Below are positions 21,809 to 33,944 of a stretch of DNA of 64,000 nucleotides, one piece after another. The position numbers and the translations under genes were made by a program. Numbering within the stretch: the stretch's first letter is position 1; each line of letters opens with the position of its first letter. The DNA is from Selaginella moellendorffii (Eukaryota; Plantae; Lycopodiophyta): NCBI RefSeq assembly GCF_000143415.4, contig NW_003314267.1, positions 3,030,028 to 3,094,027 of the forward strand, written 5' to 3'. The notes under the pieces are model-generated. The model had not been told where the DNA came from and did not search any database. It worked only from the letters and a program-made list of their open reading frames with translations.

Positions 21809-24699
21809 ATGAAGAAGAGGCGATGGCTGGAGCGCGATGGCGATGGCGATGGCGATGGCGCCACCGGGCAGTCGTCTGAGGATTGCATGGTGCTGGTCGC
21901 GGATCCAGAGGTGAGAATGCGCTCCATCGCGATCTCTGGAATGATTGCCGGGGCGCGCGGTGCTCAGCTGGGGCCTGTGAGGGAGGCAATGCAACGGAGG
22001 CTGTGGGAGGAGCAGGAAATATCGGTGGTCCAGCAGATTGTCACCGCTCTCTCGTCGATCTTCGCGGATGAAACGACCACGTCGTGCTTACAGAGGTACT
22101 ATCTCTTAGATGGCTGCCCCGAGCCGATCAAGATTCGCATCCTCGCGTCCCTCGTTCGGATTTGCAAGACGAGCAACGAGCATTCGGAGGTGGTGGCGGC
22201 ACTCCAGCCGGCCTTGTTGCAAGATCTTTACGGGAAGAATCCGGTGCTTAGAATGTGGGGCTTGAAGTTCGCGACGAAGTTCTTTGAGCAGCAACGAAAC
22301 AAGAGCTGGATCATCGCTGCGCTGCACAAGAGATTTTTTGATACTCATGCTTTCGTGAGGAAAGCTGCCTTGGATGCTGTCATCTCCCTCGACGCGGTGG
22401 GATTTAGCTTCCTCGATGGTTTGAATGCTATTGCGCTCCGGCTCTTGGAGGATCACGTCTCGGAGTCCGTTCGACTGTCCGCCATGGAGCTTGTAAGTTT
22501 GTTTGCAATTTCCTTGTCCTCTGATATATCTCGTTTACTTTGGGCAGCTCCGGCTATGGGTGATGGAAGTTCAAGCTGGAGAAATCACGGCATCGCAACA
22601 ACGCGAGATAAACTATACTTATCTAGAGGTAAGTCTTTTGCGCTCTCGATTAGAACTTTCAAGACGTCACTACCCAGATTTGCACCATGCTCACAGACCC
22701 GTGCACGCGAGTAAGGAAAGAAGCTTGCCGTGTGCTTGGCACTATGACATCAGTAAGCCAGAAAATTAAGTTGCATTCGGTGAACAAGAAGTCAGTGCTA
22801 GTCACCAGTGGTGATCCTTTGATCTCGTGCAACATTAATGGTAAATCGCCACGGACGGCAATTGTGGCGGGTGCTTTTGTTTCTGCTGTCGAGGATGAGT
22901 TCCCAGAGGTAGTGGACTTTCTTTTATCTTTCTTATTACCATCTCGTGTTCGCGTGTCCGCAGGTGAGATCTGCTGCTGTGCAAGCTCTTTCCAGCTTGA
23001 GTCTGGGTTCTAAAGAAGTCGCAAATGCCGGTGTACTTGGGCTTTTCCTGGACATGTTGAACGACCAAGATCCCGCCGTTCGCAGGGCTTCGATTCAAGC
23101 GCTATATGACCTTGCTGGCTGTGGCGTTTTCTGCGTGGAAGACAAACATCTGCGTGTGGTATGTGAAATTGGTCTTTTTTGCTACATGGTTATCACATCA
23201 CTGATGTTCCAGATTACTGCTACGCTGGAAGACCAAAACAACGAGCTCCGACATGCGGGTCTAAAACTTTTGTCTTCCTTGAAGCTCCCGACGCTTGTCA
23301 TGTTCGAGTCTGCAGTTCAAACTTTGATGAAGTGCTTAGATCGTCATCCGCAGGTGCCTTTGGTATCTTAATTTCTTTACATGACACTCGATGCTTCAGG
23401 ATAGGAAGAACGTCTATGAGGCGCTATTATGCCTGGGGAAAGGACACGGCTCTCATGTAGAGGCTCTAAAGTCTGAGCTTTTGACTCAGGTAGCAAGCTT
23501 CTTCTTGGAACAATGCTACTAACATGTCTTTTCGCAGGTTAAGTTCGTTGTGAATGGAGAGAAGGGGTTAGATGATCCCAGGTTAAAAGCTATCCTGAAC
23601 CTTTGCTTGCCAGCATTGCGATCGACAGGCTGGATTTCTTCGTTGCTTCCCAGTGAAATGCTCTCCTGCAAACGAATTACGGATTTTACAAAAGAGCATG
23701 CCCCTGCTGAATCTGGTGACAGTTCCAGTACGGTGTTGATTATGGTGCAGCAAGCTATCAAATGTGCTCTACGCGCAGGGAGCGTTTCAAACGACAACCA
23801 AAGAGAAACCATCCGGTAAAGAACATCTCGTCTGGATTGTTCACGCTAACCTGTCAAATTGTATCTCCAGCGGCTGCAAGAAGTCCTTACTAGTACTGGA
23901 GCGCACTTCGCTCGTCAATTTGGGACTGCTGTACATGGACTGCCTCCAATTGGTCGCACAAAAAAACTCGGCAAAAGAACCTGACCATCAGAAGCTTGGC
24001 TCGGTACTAGGACGCATGCAAACCTGTTTCTCTGGATTCTCAGCCTCAGGTGCTCTACAGTTGCTGGAGCTCAACGCGTTTTATATTGTCATCCAGGTGG
24101 AAGACGACTCCGAGCTCGTCCAGCGCTTCTCTCAGCTGGCTTCAATAGTCGAGGAAAGTAAGAGCTTGTCGAGCACTTCGGTAGCGTCGTTTTCGCTCTT
24201 GCAAGCAGTGGAGGAAAGTTTACGCAGTCAATCAGATCCGGAGAACGTGAGCACTCTCAAGGCAGCTGCTGCTTCTTTCTGGCCGAAGCATGATATTGTC
24301 AGTGCCAGTGTCGAGGAAATGCGAGCCGATCTCGCAGTAAATTCCAGCAGCTTTGAGCACCGGCTGAAAGTTTTGATGGCGAAGTATCCTTTTCACTTCA
24401 CTGCGAGCGGTGCTGTGCATCACATTACAGCCGGAAGTAGAATCTGGGTACAGATGGAGCTGGAAGGATTCCCGTCGCAGTACAGGTGCTTGGAGCTCGA
24501 AAGGAAATCCAAGGAAGACAAGTTAGTCGAGTTTAGCGAAGAGCTCGGCTTTTACAACGTGCCATCGGTTAGCAAAGCGGCCTTACGAGTTTCCATCGTT
24601 GTGGAACTTGCAAAGGGGAAGCTTTCGGCTCTGCGCGGCCCTCAAGCTTGTCTAGCTCCAATCTCTCCGGAACGAGTCATCTATCTCGAGGGAAGTTAA
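21809..24699 (+). CDS. SIEL: HEAT-repeat protein SIEL / Integrator subunit 4 homolog, multi-exon
   Basis: CTMLTDPCTRVRKEACRVLG; AGAFVSAVEDEFPEVRSAAVQAL; LFLDMLNDQDPAVRRASIQAL are INTS4/SIEL hallmarks; short GT-AG introns. Confidence 0.8.
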
Positions 24700-24730
24700 G
24701 CAAAAGGTTCTCTCGTCCATATTATTCTTC

Positions 24731-27392
24731 TCAAGTTTTTCCAGTCGCTATACACGTCCTCGTCAAGGAACGAACTCTATACGAGAGGCGGATCAACACT
24801 ACAGACAGCGTCCGGTAGAAAATTGCCATCCCGGCGAGAATGAGAAGACTCCACCACTTTCCGGGGCTTGCGGGAAAGTTGTACTCGCCGTAGACAATGT
24901 AAGCTCCGGTGTGACCACCGTAGCGAGACCCCAGGAACTCGTTTTGAAACATTCCCTGTGAAAGTAACCCACACATCAACAATCCTTGGAATCCTGGAAG
25001 AAATCTTTTTACCCGCAGCGAGTGTGCATGGAACGAAATGTAAGACGATGGATACTTCCAAAACGCCTTCGGCAGATTGTTGTCGTGACGAACGTATCCT
25101 CCGACCAGCATGAACAGCACCTGTGATCGTTGCAAAGAGTTTTAAGAAAACAACTTGGAAATGTGGAAGACTGCTCTGCAAACCTGGACGCACGATCCTA
25201 GTATCATTCCAGTGTAGGCGTTTGGAACAATGCAAGAGATGGCCATCATGAGGCTCTCGCTGACGATCAAGCTGAGGTACAAGTTGACGACGAAGTAGAT
25301 GAACTTGAGTGCTCCAGAGTGGAGACCCGCCAGGAAGTACATGCTGCAAAGCGGGACGAGGGAGATGAGTAACAGGAATGGAAGCGACGCGATTGAGTTG
25401 GCAACGACGAAGTTGGCGACGCCGTAGTGACAATTAACCATTTCTCTCACGTGCATCTGATGTAAATAAAATAAAATACTTCAGCCACCTCTTAGTTTAT
25501 GTTTCCAGTTCGTCTACCTTGACCTCGTTGTACATGTAAGGCACGCCTCCAACAGACAGGTATATCATTCCTTCGAGAGCGAGAAAGATGCACGCTGCTC
25601 TGGCCTGTGGGGGAGGGGGGGACAACAGCGAGGATTGGAATATCAAAATTTTCGGATCAAACCTCTATAGAGCTCTTCGAGTGATCCAGTCTCAGGAAAA
25701 TTGTGCCGATTGAAAGCATGTACAGGAACGAGAGAAGTATCCGGATCCAGTAAAATCCAAGAGCTCTCGTTGTGTTCAGCAACGATCTGTAGCTTAGAGT
25801 GAAAAATTCAGAGCGTGAGGCAGGACGCTTTATCCTGTTCACCAGTACTCCTCCTTTCTGCATCACGTAACAGTGTGTTCTCAGCGTTAGTATATAAACA
25901 TAGAAAGCCCTCGAAGTTTTAAATAAGTCTTGCCTTCTTGACAAGCGTATTAACTTTACAGACCAATGCTGCATTGAAATCGGAGCTTTGATAGGACGCT
26001 GATAGGAAATTAACTATCTGGTGATGGTCCTCCTTTGCAAAAGCTTCAGCTTTTTCCGCGTCCTGCACGGATTGATTAATACATGCCTTACGAGAATGAG
26101 AAACAGGGTCCTAATACCTGAACGTAAAGAAATGGAGCACGAAGCTTCTCGAATTCGGCACCGATCGTATAAAGGAAGTGATCACTAGGATTATGATTAG
26201 GCGGGCAAGGAAATCCCGCCGTGGAGAAGTGCTGAAGAAAAACCACGTAAGTAACATACAGATATGTTTGAGATGTTTACCTCCACTGCTGCGATGTTGT
26301 CACCAAAAAACACCATTTTCCCATTGCTTAGCAAGCACAAATCATCCAGAAGTTCATAAACCTGGCTGGAGACATGCTCAGTGCACATAATGACAGTAGC
26401 TCCACCTCTGGCCAATCCCTTCAGCTTGATAAGCAAGGAGAGCACAGAAGCTCTAAGAACGTAATATGAGTAACTTAAAACCAACAAATATTTGAGAAGT
26501 AAAACATACCCCTCCAGGCCTTTGAATGCATCATCAAAGTAAATCAAGCTGGGACCAATAAGCAGTTCCACTGCAAGGTTGACAAGTCTTCTTTCACCCC
26601 CACTGATTCCCTTGTGAGGGCACTTTCTAACATATCTGTAGGCCAACTCAGTGAGACCCATTTCTGACATTACGTGCTCTGCCACCGCCAACTTCTCTTT
26701 ACGGGGAAGGTTAGACGGAAGTCGCAAAAACGCAGACAGAATAAGGTGTTCTTTGACGGTAAGACTGTCTGGAAGAACTTCATCGTCCGGAGTGAGAAAC
26801 GTCTGAAACAAACAGCAATTCGTGAGGGAAAAAGCAGAAAACAGTCAGCATACAAGAAATTTGTGTGGCTTTGCCAGTATATGCAATGCTAGAGGAGAAC
26901 CTGAGGATTAGAAAGCATACAGAAGTGCCATATGTGAGCTGCTGCCTTCTTCCATTGATTCGAATGTCGCCTTGGTACTTTGCTTTGCGACATAGCCTCC
27001 CTGCAAACACACAAGGAAGCGAGGTGTGAGAAAACCGATGAAACTCTAGTAACACCAAAAGCTCTACCGGAAAGCGCTCGAAGTAGAGTAGATTTCCCGG
27101 ATTGAGAAGGACCCATGATAGTAAGCATTCTGTATGGCTCTGCATACCCTGCGACTCCATCCAAGACGACCTGAGGGGACGAACTGCGCTGCTCAAAACT
27201 CACAGTGACATCTTTCCAGGACAAGCTCGCAGCCGACTCTGTATCGACTTGGGAGAGTGGTATGGAGGACGCACTCTCTGGAGGTGGACTAGTGATGGGG
27301 CTGGCCTGGCTTGTCAGCGGAGATGGAGAAGGCTGATACTGAATGCTGTACTGCCGCAAAGGTAAATTATCACCAGTAGGACTCTGCGCCAT
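24731..27392 (-). CDS. ABCG half-transporter (ABCG3-like clade) with degenerate NBD; start uncertain
   Basis: LSWKDVTV; Walker A GPSQSGKST; signature ISGGERR; ABC2 membrane domain (YWIRILL, REMVNCHYG, FWKYP). Confidence 0.9.
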
Positions 27393-28150
27393 GTTGAAGC
27401 CAGTTGCTTGAGCTGAAAGTCTGTTACTCCAGTTTTCTGCTGCTTCCCTGTTTGCTGGAGAATGCTGGGCAATTCCTAAAGTGGCTCGCCTCTAACAGAC
27501 ACTTCCTTCGCCTGTTATCTGGGAGCTTCACTCCATCCTTCCAATCACTCCGTGTTTGAAGATCCTTCATATCTTCCATTCTTATGAGCAACCAGCCGCA
27601 TTTATCTGAAAGTGCCAAATGCCAGCTTGAGTCCACAAGTGAGCGACTTCCCTCCGGTTATCCAAATAATATCCTCCATCGTAACTGTTAGCATGCCCCT
27701 GATAAGACACCAGCCTTCTTTCCAAAAGGCTGGCAGATGTCGAGACAGAGACAATGGTCTTAATCCCTGCTTTTGAATGACGCGTTGTTTTCTTCTTTTC
27801 AATCGAGAAACTTTGCCTGTCCGTGTGAATGGAAAAAATAAACCTTCCATCCCTGTCTATCTGACACAAGGATTGACATACGCACCTGTTGGCCTTTACT
27901 CACCACCACCGCAGTTTTACAGAACAATTCGGCAGCGGCACCCGGAGAATTATCCGCTGTCTCAAAATTCACGAGCAGCGTTTTCTTGACTTCACTTCAT
28001 TACGTACATCTGGTGAATTAGTACCTGATAATCTGGCCTGCAGAACTTAGAGAAACATCTAAATTCTTACAGCTCACAGTTTCTTACCAGGTCTACCAGC
28101 CGCACAAAATACAAGAAAGGTATATTGTACACGGTCGAACTTGAAAATGC

Positions 28151-30128
28151 TCACGAATCCATGTCATGGTCATTATCGTTGTCGCCATCGTAAAACTCTT
28201 CGTCACGCTGCACACTTTTATCTTGCGTATGTTCTGCAGACAAAGCTCGAAAATAAGACTACTGACAAATGCTATACACCAAACTTACGGTCTAGTCGCT
28301 CATCGGGATTAAAATCCTCCTCGTCGAAGTCTGGGAAGTAGGTGTCTGGCGGAACCTGACCCAGATTTTAGAAAGGAGAAACACTAACACACTCGCACAA
28401 AAAAACAAATAAAATAAAATAGAAACATGTAGTACCTCATGCATCTGAACCCCTGGAGCATGCTGTATATGACGAAGATTTTCCAGCACTTGCATTTTTA
28501 TGGCGCTGAGATAAGCCTTTGTATTCAAGTTATCCTATATACAAACATGCATTAGGCCGATAAAATTTTCCATATCATTCTTGAATTACCAGGTTGAGTC
28601 CGTGATTGGTTTTCAAGGTGTAGTCGGGCTTGAAATACTTGATATAATCGTTGGACGGTATTTCTGTAAGCCACGTTCATGTAAAGGAAAAAAAAAGATT
28701 AATCTGGCATACTTACCATTCGGAAGCTCCGTATCCAAAAGCACACCCGTTTCCACGGTCCAGCAACGCGCAACATTTTCCTTGGTGTATCCTCCTCCAC
28801 CGGTTACCTTAAAAACCAAGTGAGCTTTGCAAGAGCAAAAAGAAACGGTCCAAAGCATACCAGGAGAGGAATGCCAAGTTTCTTCACAAAATTCACGCAC
28901 TCCGCATGCCCTGTTAGAATACGTAAGCAAATGTAAGACTGAAGTTGGGAAATAAAACCTTGAATGGAAAGATTAAAGCATCCTAGGCGATCTCCAGCAA
29001 GCGAATCAGCTCCACATTGCAGCACCACCGCCCCAGGTTGATAGAACTCAACGACTTTTGATATTACTACTCGAAACAGCCGTATGAAGCTTGAGTCGTC
29101 TATTCCATCTTTAAGAGGAACATTAACAGCGTAATATTTCCCTTCTCTCTCTCCAACATCCTGAAACGGTAACAATCAAAACACGTACAAAGTAAGGAGA
29201 CACACCGACCTTCACGTCCCCAGTTCCAGGAAAGAAATAATCACCGAACTTGTGAAAGCTCACAGTCATTACTCTGAAACGATGGAGACGGCGTGAGCAT
29301 ATAGCAAAGCTAGAAAGCGCAACAAACCTGTCAGTGAGGTAGAAGGCTTCTTCAACGCCGTCTCCATGGTGAATATCGATATCTATGTATAGCACTCGCG
29401 GGAAGTACTTCAGAAGCTCCAAAATCCCAAGAACCAAGTCATTGACATAGCAGAATCCCGATGCCTCGCACTTCTTGGCGTGGTGCAAGCCTCCGGCCCA
29501 GTTGATTGCAATGTCGCAGAGTCCGTGATTAAGCCTATGTGCAGCATCTGCTTAGCATTTTTCCACCATGGAGCATTTATCAGAGAGCAAGAGAGAAGAA
29601 GAGACGTACCAATGGTACCACCCGCGTAAATCTGGCAGAACTCGAAGAGGTTGTCAAAGACTGGACAATCTTCTCCCATGTTATCTACATCGCACACACA
29701 TCTAGAAAATCAAGCGACAGAAAAATCAAAGGAAGATCTTACACATAAGAAGCTCTTTCGCGTATTGGTCTTGCATTTCTGGAGTTATTCTGTGAAGAAA
29801 ATCAATGTAGTCTGTAGAATGGAACTGCGCAAGCTCCGCGGGATAAGCTTTCCGAGGTCTCTGTCGAAAGAAAGAAAAAAAATGCATCATCACCAGACGA
29901 AAAAAAGCAAAGAAAACGTACATAGATTTCCATCTTGTTGTGGAGGCCATAAGCTAGAACAAGGCTATGCGTCATACACAAGCGATGGGGCTTCATCGGA
30001 TGATTCGGTCCATAGTAGACGCTTCCAACATCACCTGGAAGGAATCTCGCGAAATCCGTGAGCCGCGAGAGCTGCGTAACGCGCTTACCGTCGTAGAAGT
30101 AGGACACTCGATCCTTCGCCGGTGGCAT
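28151..30128 (-). CDS. HDA9: Class I (RPD3/HDA1) histone deacetylase HDA9, multi-exon
   Basis: [34 protein letters not shown]; [16 protein letters not shown]; [16 protein letters not shown]; [14 protein letters not shown]; C-terminus [15 protein letters not shown]. Confidence 0.93.
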
Positions 30129-30220
30129 CGATCGGCCGAAGCGCTTTGGCGCGCCCTAGCGCCTAGACAGAAACAAAAACCCTACACTAGTAATAGGTCA
30201 AGCAAAGCTCTCACATTTTT
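30129..30220. promoter_or_regulatory. 92-bp head-to-head interval between HDA9 and NTR, with telo-box
   Basis: Divergent ATGs at 30128 and 30221; AAACCCTA at 30177-30184. Confidence 0.6.
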
Positions 30221-31370
30221 ATGCGAAGCAGTCTCTCCGCGTTCTTCCGGAGCTTGTGCTGGCGCCAGGGCCGCCGCGCCGCCCCATTCTCATCCTCGCC
30301 ACCACGAATGGATGCGCCGCCGCCGCTGCCACAGCTCCAAACACCGGTATGTATCATTGGATCCGGCCCCGCTGCCCACACAGCCGCGATCTACACCTCC
30401 CGCGCGGAGCTCCAGCCGATCCTCTTCGAGGGATGGATGGCGAACGGCGTAGCGGCGGGCGGGCAGCTCACGACAACGACGGATGTGGAGAATTTCCCCG
30501 GGTTTCCACAGGGCATCATGGGAGGGGAGCTCACGGAGAAGTTTAGAGAGCAGAGTCGCCGGTTTGGGACGAGGATCTTCACCGAGACTGTGGACAAGAT
30601 CGATCTCTCTAAGCGGCCGTTCGAGATCTCCAGCGAGGAGAGGAAAGTCCTGGCGGAGACTGTGATCATCGCTACCGGAGCTATTGCCAAGAGGCTCGAC
30701 TTCACAGGCTCGGGGGAAGGAAGTGGTGGATTCTGGAACCGCGGCATCTCGGCGTGCGCTGTTTGCGATGGAGCGGCTCCACTCTTTCGAAACAAGCCCC
30801 TGGCAGTGATCGGAGGTGGCGACTCCGCCATGGAAGAGGCTTCGTTTCTCACGAAGTATGGCTCCAAGGTCTACATCATCCATCGCAGGGACGAGTTTCG
30901 AGCCAGCAAGATCATGCAAAAGAGAGCTTTCGACAATCCAAAGATCGAAGTTCTTTGGAACACCACCGTGGTGGAGGCCGTTGGTAACGAGAGTGGCAGC
31001 CTCGCGGGGCTCAAACTCAAGAACACCGTGACGAACGCTTTGACGGACCTCCAAGTTTCGGGATTGTTTTTCGCGATTGGGCACGAGCCGGCCTCAAAGT
31101 TTTTGGGTGGTCAGCTCGACACAGACAAAGAAGGATATATACTTACTACTCCAGGAACCACAAAGACCAACATTCCTGGTGTGTTCGCTGCTGGGGACGT
31201 CCAAGACAAGAAGTATAGGCAAGCGGTGACTGCTGCCGGTACCGGTAAGTTTTATAATCTCTTTCTTTTGTGATCACTGCTAAACTTTTCGATTCACAGG
31301 ATGCATGGCTGCACTGGACGCGGAACACTTCTTACAGGAGTATGGAGTCCAGCAGGGAAAGTCGGATTGA
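30221..31370 (+). CDS. NTR: NADPH-dependent thioredoxin reductase (NTRA/NTRB type)
   Basis: [37 protein letters not shown] redox motif, [10 protein letters not shown]; intron 31245-31299; ends GKSD*. Confidence 0.95.
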
Positions 31371-31653
31371 CAATCACAGGGCTCTAGCCGCCTATAAGCT
31401 CGCAAAAACGGTCTAGTTTTTCTAAGGAGGCACTCTTTCATTGTTTGCTCCTCTTCCTTCTCTTTTTGTTACGAGGAGAGAGGTTTCTGGCTTTTGAACG
31501 AATTCTTCTTAGTTTTCTAACTCCTTTTCCCAAAGCTACTGGTAAGTAACGTGTGATTCGATCTTTCTGACAGTTCGGTGTTTACATTCCAGGCAAAAAG
31601 ACTGGCTTGTTACATACAGTTATATGGCTTATATATTTTATAAGTCGATGGAA

Positions 31654-33171
31654 TCAAGTGCATTGCCTGGGAGCAAAACCAACCCGAGACGAATCCAGAT
31701 CAATGGCGACACGCATAGTCTGCTGCTGGATGTTCCCGATAATGGACAGATCCAACGAAGTCTTCGAGAAGGCAAAGCAAAACGTCCCGGACGTGTCAAC
31801 CGGCACCAAGTAGTTACTCGGCGGCAACTGGACGCTCGCCCCGCCTTCGAAGTGGAAAGACACAGTCGGGATGGTGACGGAGGTCAGGGCCGAGAAGTCA
31901 TAGCACGTATCAAATAGCGAGAAGTCGGCTGCCCGAGGCAACTTCTGCGTCGCCGACCGGAACGCGTCCCTCATGACCGTATACGCGTACGTCGGCAGCC
32001 GGGTGACGGAGGTGCCCGAGTCGATGATCACGCCCCCGCGTCCGGTGCTGCTCGAGAGCTTGAAAGCCGTGGAAGGGATGGACAGAAGCGTACCTCCGAT
32101 GCTGATCCCGGACAGGCCAGCGTAGTAGAAGGTGTCGAGCTTGGGATTCTTGAGCAGCTGCGTGTAAGCAAACGAGGCCGAGGTGGGAAGAGCCGAGTCC
32201 CCGAAGAGCAGCGCGCTCGAGGCCCGGACGCCATTGTCGCGGCTGACGAGACAGTAGGAGAACTTCCGGCTGGAGAGCTGGGATGGAAACGAGAGCTTCC
32301 CAGCGCCGAGGCCGAGAAGCCCCGCGGCGCCAACGAAGAGTCCCTCGTTATCGTGGCCACAGCCGAAGACCACCGGGCTCGTTCGGCCTCGGCTAACCAA
32401 GAAGGAGTCCGAGGCGAGGTCCCCGACCGTGAAGGAGCCATCGCCGTACGAGACCTGGTAGAGGCAGCGATTGTCCGTACTCGCGCAAGCTTTGACGTCG
32501 AGGAGCTTGCACTGCGGCGTGGAGCACGAGAGGCGGCGGAAGGAGGAGGACGCGCGTGGATCGAAGACGGCGTCGTTTTGCTTGTAGCAGCTCTTGCAAG
32601 GCGAGCACTGGATCCAGGGGACGTCGCTGCCGGTGTCCATCACCAGGTACTGGAGCTTGGTGGGCGATCCAATGCCGACGCGCACGAAGTACTCGCCGGA
32701 TCCAAACGCGAGGCCGGACGTGACCTGGCTGCCCGAGGAGGAATCGGCCTCGGATTGCGAGAAGACGGTGGCGGGCGACGAGGATGCGTTGTGGACGAGC
32801 GTGAGATCGCGGTGCTTGACGCCGTTGAGCGCCATTTCGAGGCGCTGAGCGATGGCTTCCACGCGCGCGGCGTCCATCTTGAGCCGCGCCTCGAGCGCCT
32901 CGCGGTGGGATCTGGTGGAGTGCGCGGAGAAGTGGCTCGAGTGGACGATGGACATCACCTCTTCTTCCTTCTCCGCTACTGCATTCTTCTCCTCCTCGTC
33001 GATCGCTCCTTTGGCCGGACGATGGAGGAGAGATTGGCGCACCGCGTCCACGTCCAGCACTGTGGATTCGTGGCTGCTCTTGAGCAATCGACCGCTGCTA
33101 CCGGCAATCGCAATTGGCGTCGATCCGGCGAGGAAGAGAAGAAGAGCAAGCGCCAGCATGCACGACGCCAT
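31654..33171 (-). CDS. A1-family (nepenthesin/ASPG1-like) aspartic protease, intronless
   Basis: Signal peptide; GSGEYFVRVGIGSP; catalytic DTGS and DSGT; IIGNIQQQ; VGFAPRQC. Confidence 0.95.
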   Translation of the reverse strand: MASCMLALALLLFLAGSTPIAIAGSSGRLLKSSHESTVLDVDAVRQSLLHRPAKGAIDEEEKNAVAEKEEEVMSIVHSSHFSAHSTRSHREALEARLKMDAARVEAIAQRLEMALNGVKHRDLTLVHNASSSPATVFSQSEADSSSGSQVTSGLAFGSGEYFVRVGIGSPTKLQYLVMDTGSDVPWIQCSPCKSCYKQNDAVFDPRASSSFRRLSCSTPQCKLLDVKACASTDNRCLYQVSYGDGSFTVGDLASDSFLVSRGRTSPVVFGCGHDNEGLFVGAAGLLGLGAGKLSFPSQLSSRKFSYCLVSRDNGVRASSALLFGDSALPTSASFAYTQLLKNPKLDTFYYAGLSGISIGGTLLSIPSTAFKLSSSTGRGGVIIDSGTSVTRLPTYAYTVMRDAFRSATQKLPRAADFSLFDTCYDFSALTSVTIPTVSFHFEGGASVQLPPSNYLVPVDTSGTFCFAFSKTSLDLSIIGNIQQQTMRVAIDLDSSRVGFAPRQCT

Positions 33172-33904
33172 TGAATTCTCTTCCTAGCGCCTTCTATCCG
33201 CGACTGATTGATCCGAGCGAGCTCGGCCTAGCACTAATGATTGGAATGGAAGCAATGCATCGATTCAATGATCTCAAATTCTCTCCGCCAGGGCGGGCAT
33301 GCATTCACTCTCTCGCCAGGATCAGCTTGGGAGGAGCTGCCGCTGCCCTGCACCCAGGCTTTACAAAGGAGAAAGAAGGGGTATTTTCTTACTGTACACC
33401 AGTACGGAGGTATACGGGCTTGACCCGATTCGATCCCGTGACCCCTGCTTTTGTTTAAAACCTCTTTGGAGTCTTCAAACAAATGGAGCGACCACAAATC
33501 TGGTCTTCGCCTTTGGATTTGTTAACGAATTTCTTGGATTTTTTCCTGGCACCGCTATTGAGAATCGTAACCAAACCACCACTTTGGCCAAGCTTTTTGT
33601 TAAAAATACAATGATCCATCATAGCTTTTGTATAAGCGGTTGCTCCTTTGCTTTGCTTCCACCTTTGTGGATGAGAGGCTTCCAAAAGGGAAGTCTTGAT
33701 AAAAGGCGAAGGTGGTGGGCTTTGTAAAGCTGGAAATGGGGAGGGCCCGTGAGGAGCAGCAGAGATAATGCAGAGCTCCAGCTGGTTTCACAGTCAGGCC
33801 TCGCGCGCAGGCTAATGAATGAATGCAAAGGAGGAAAAAAATGGCTCACGCACCATCGTCAAATCCACCAACAGCACCTCTCCTATGTGCCAAGAAATGA
33901 AAAA

Positions 33905-33944
33905 GCTGCTGCTGCTGCTGCTGTTCCTGTTGCTGCTGCTGCTG
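33905..33944. repeat. Imperfect CTG/CAG microsatellite
   Basis: gctgctgctgctgctgctgttcctgttgctgctgctgctg. Confidence 0.85.

Noticed and set aside
27424-27579. Upstream ORF MEDMKDLQTRSD as the ABCG N-terminal exon
   Set aside because: No plausible splice joined it in frame to 27392; left unresolved.
30290-33187. Long antisense ORFs over NTR and the aspartic protease (similar ones over MIZ1)
   Set aside because: Shadow ORFs expected from GC-rich codon usage; no recognisable domains.
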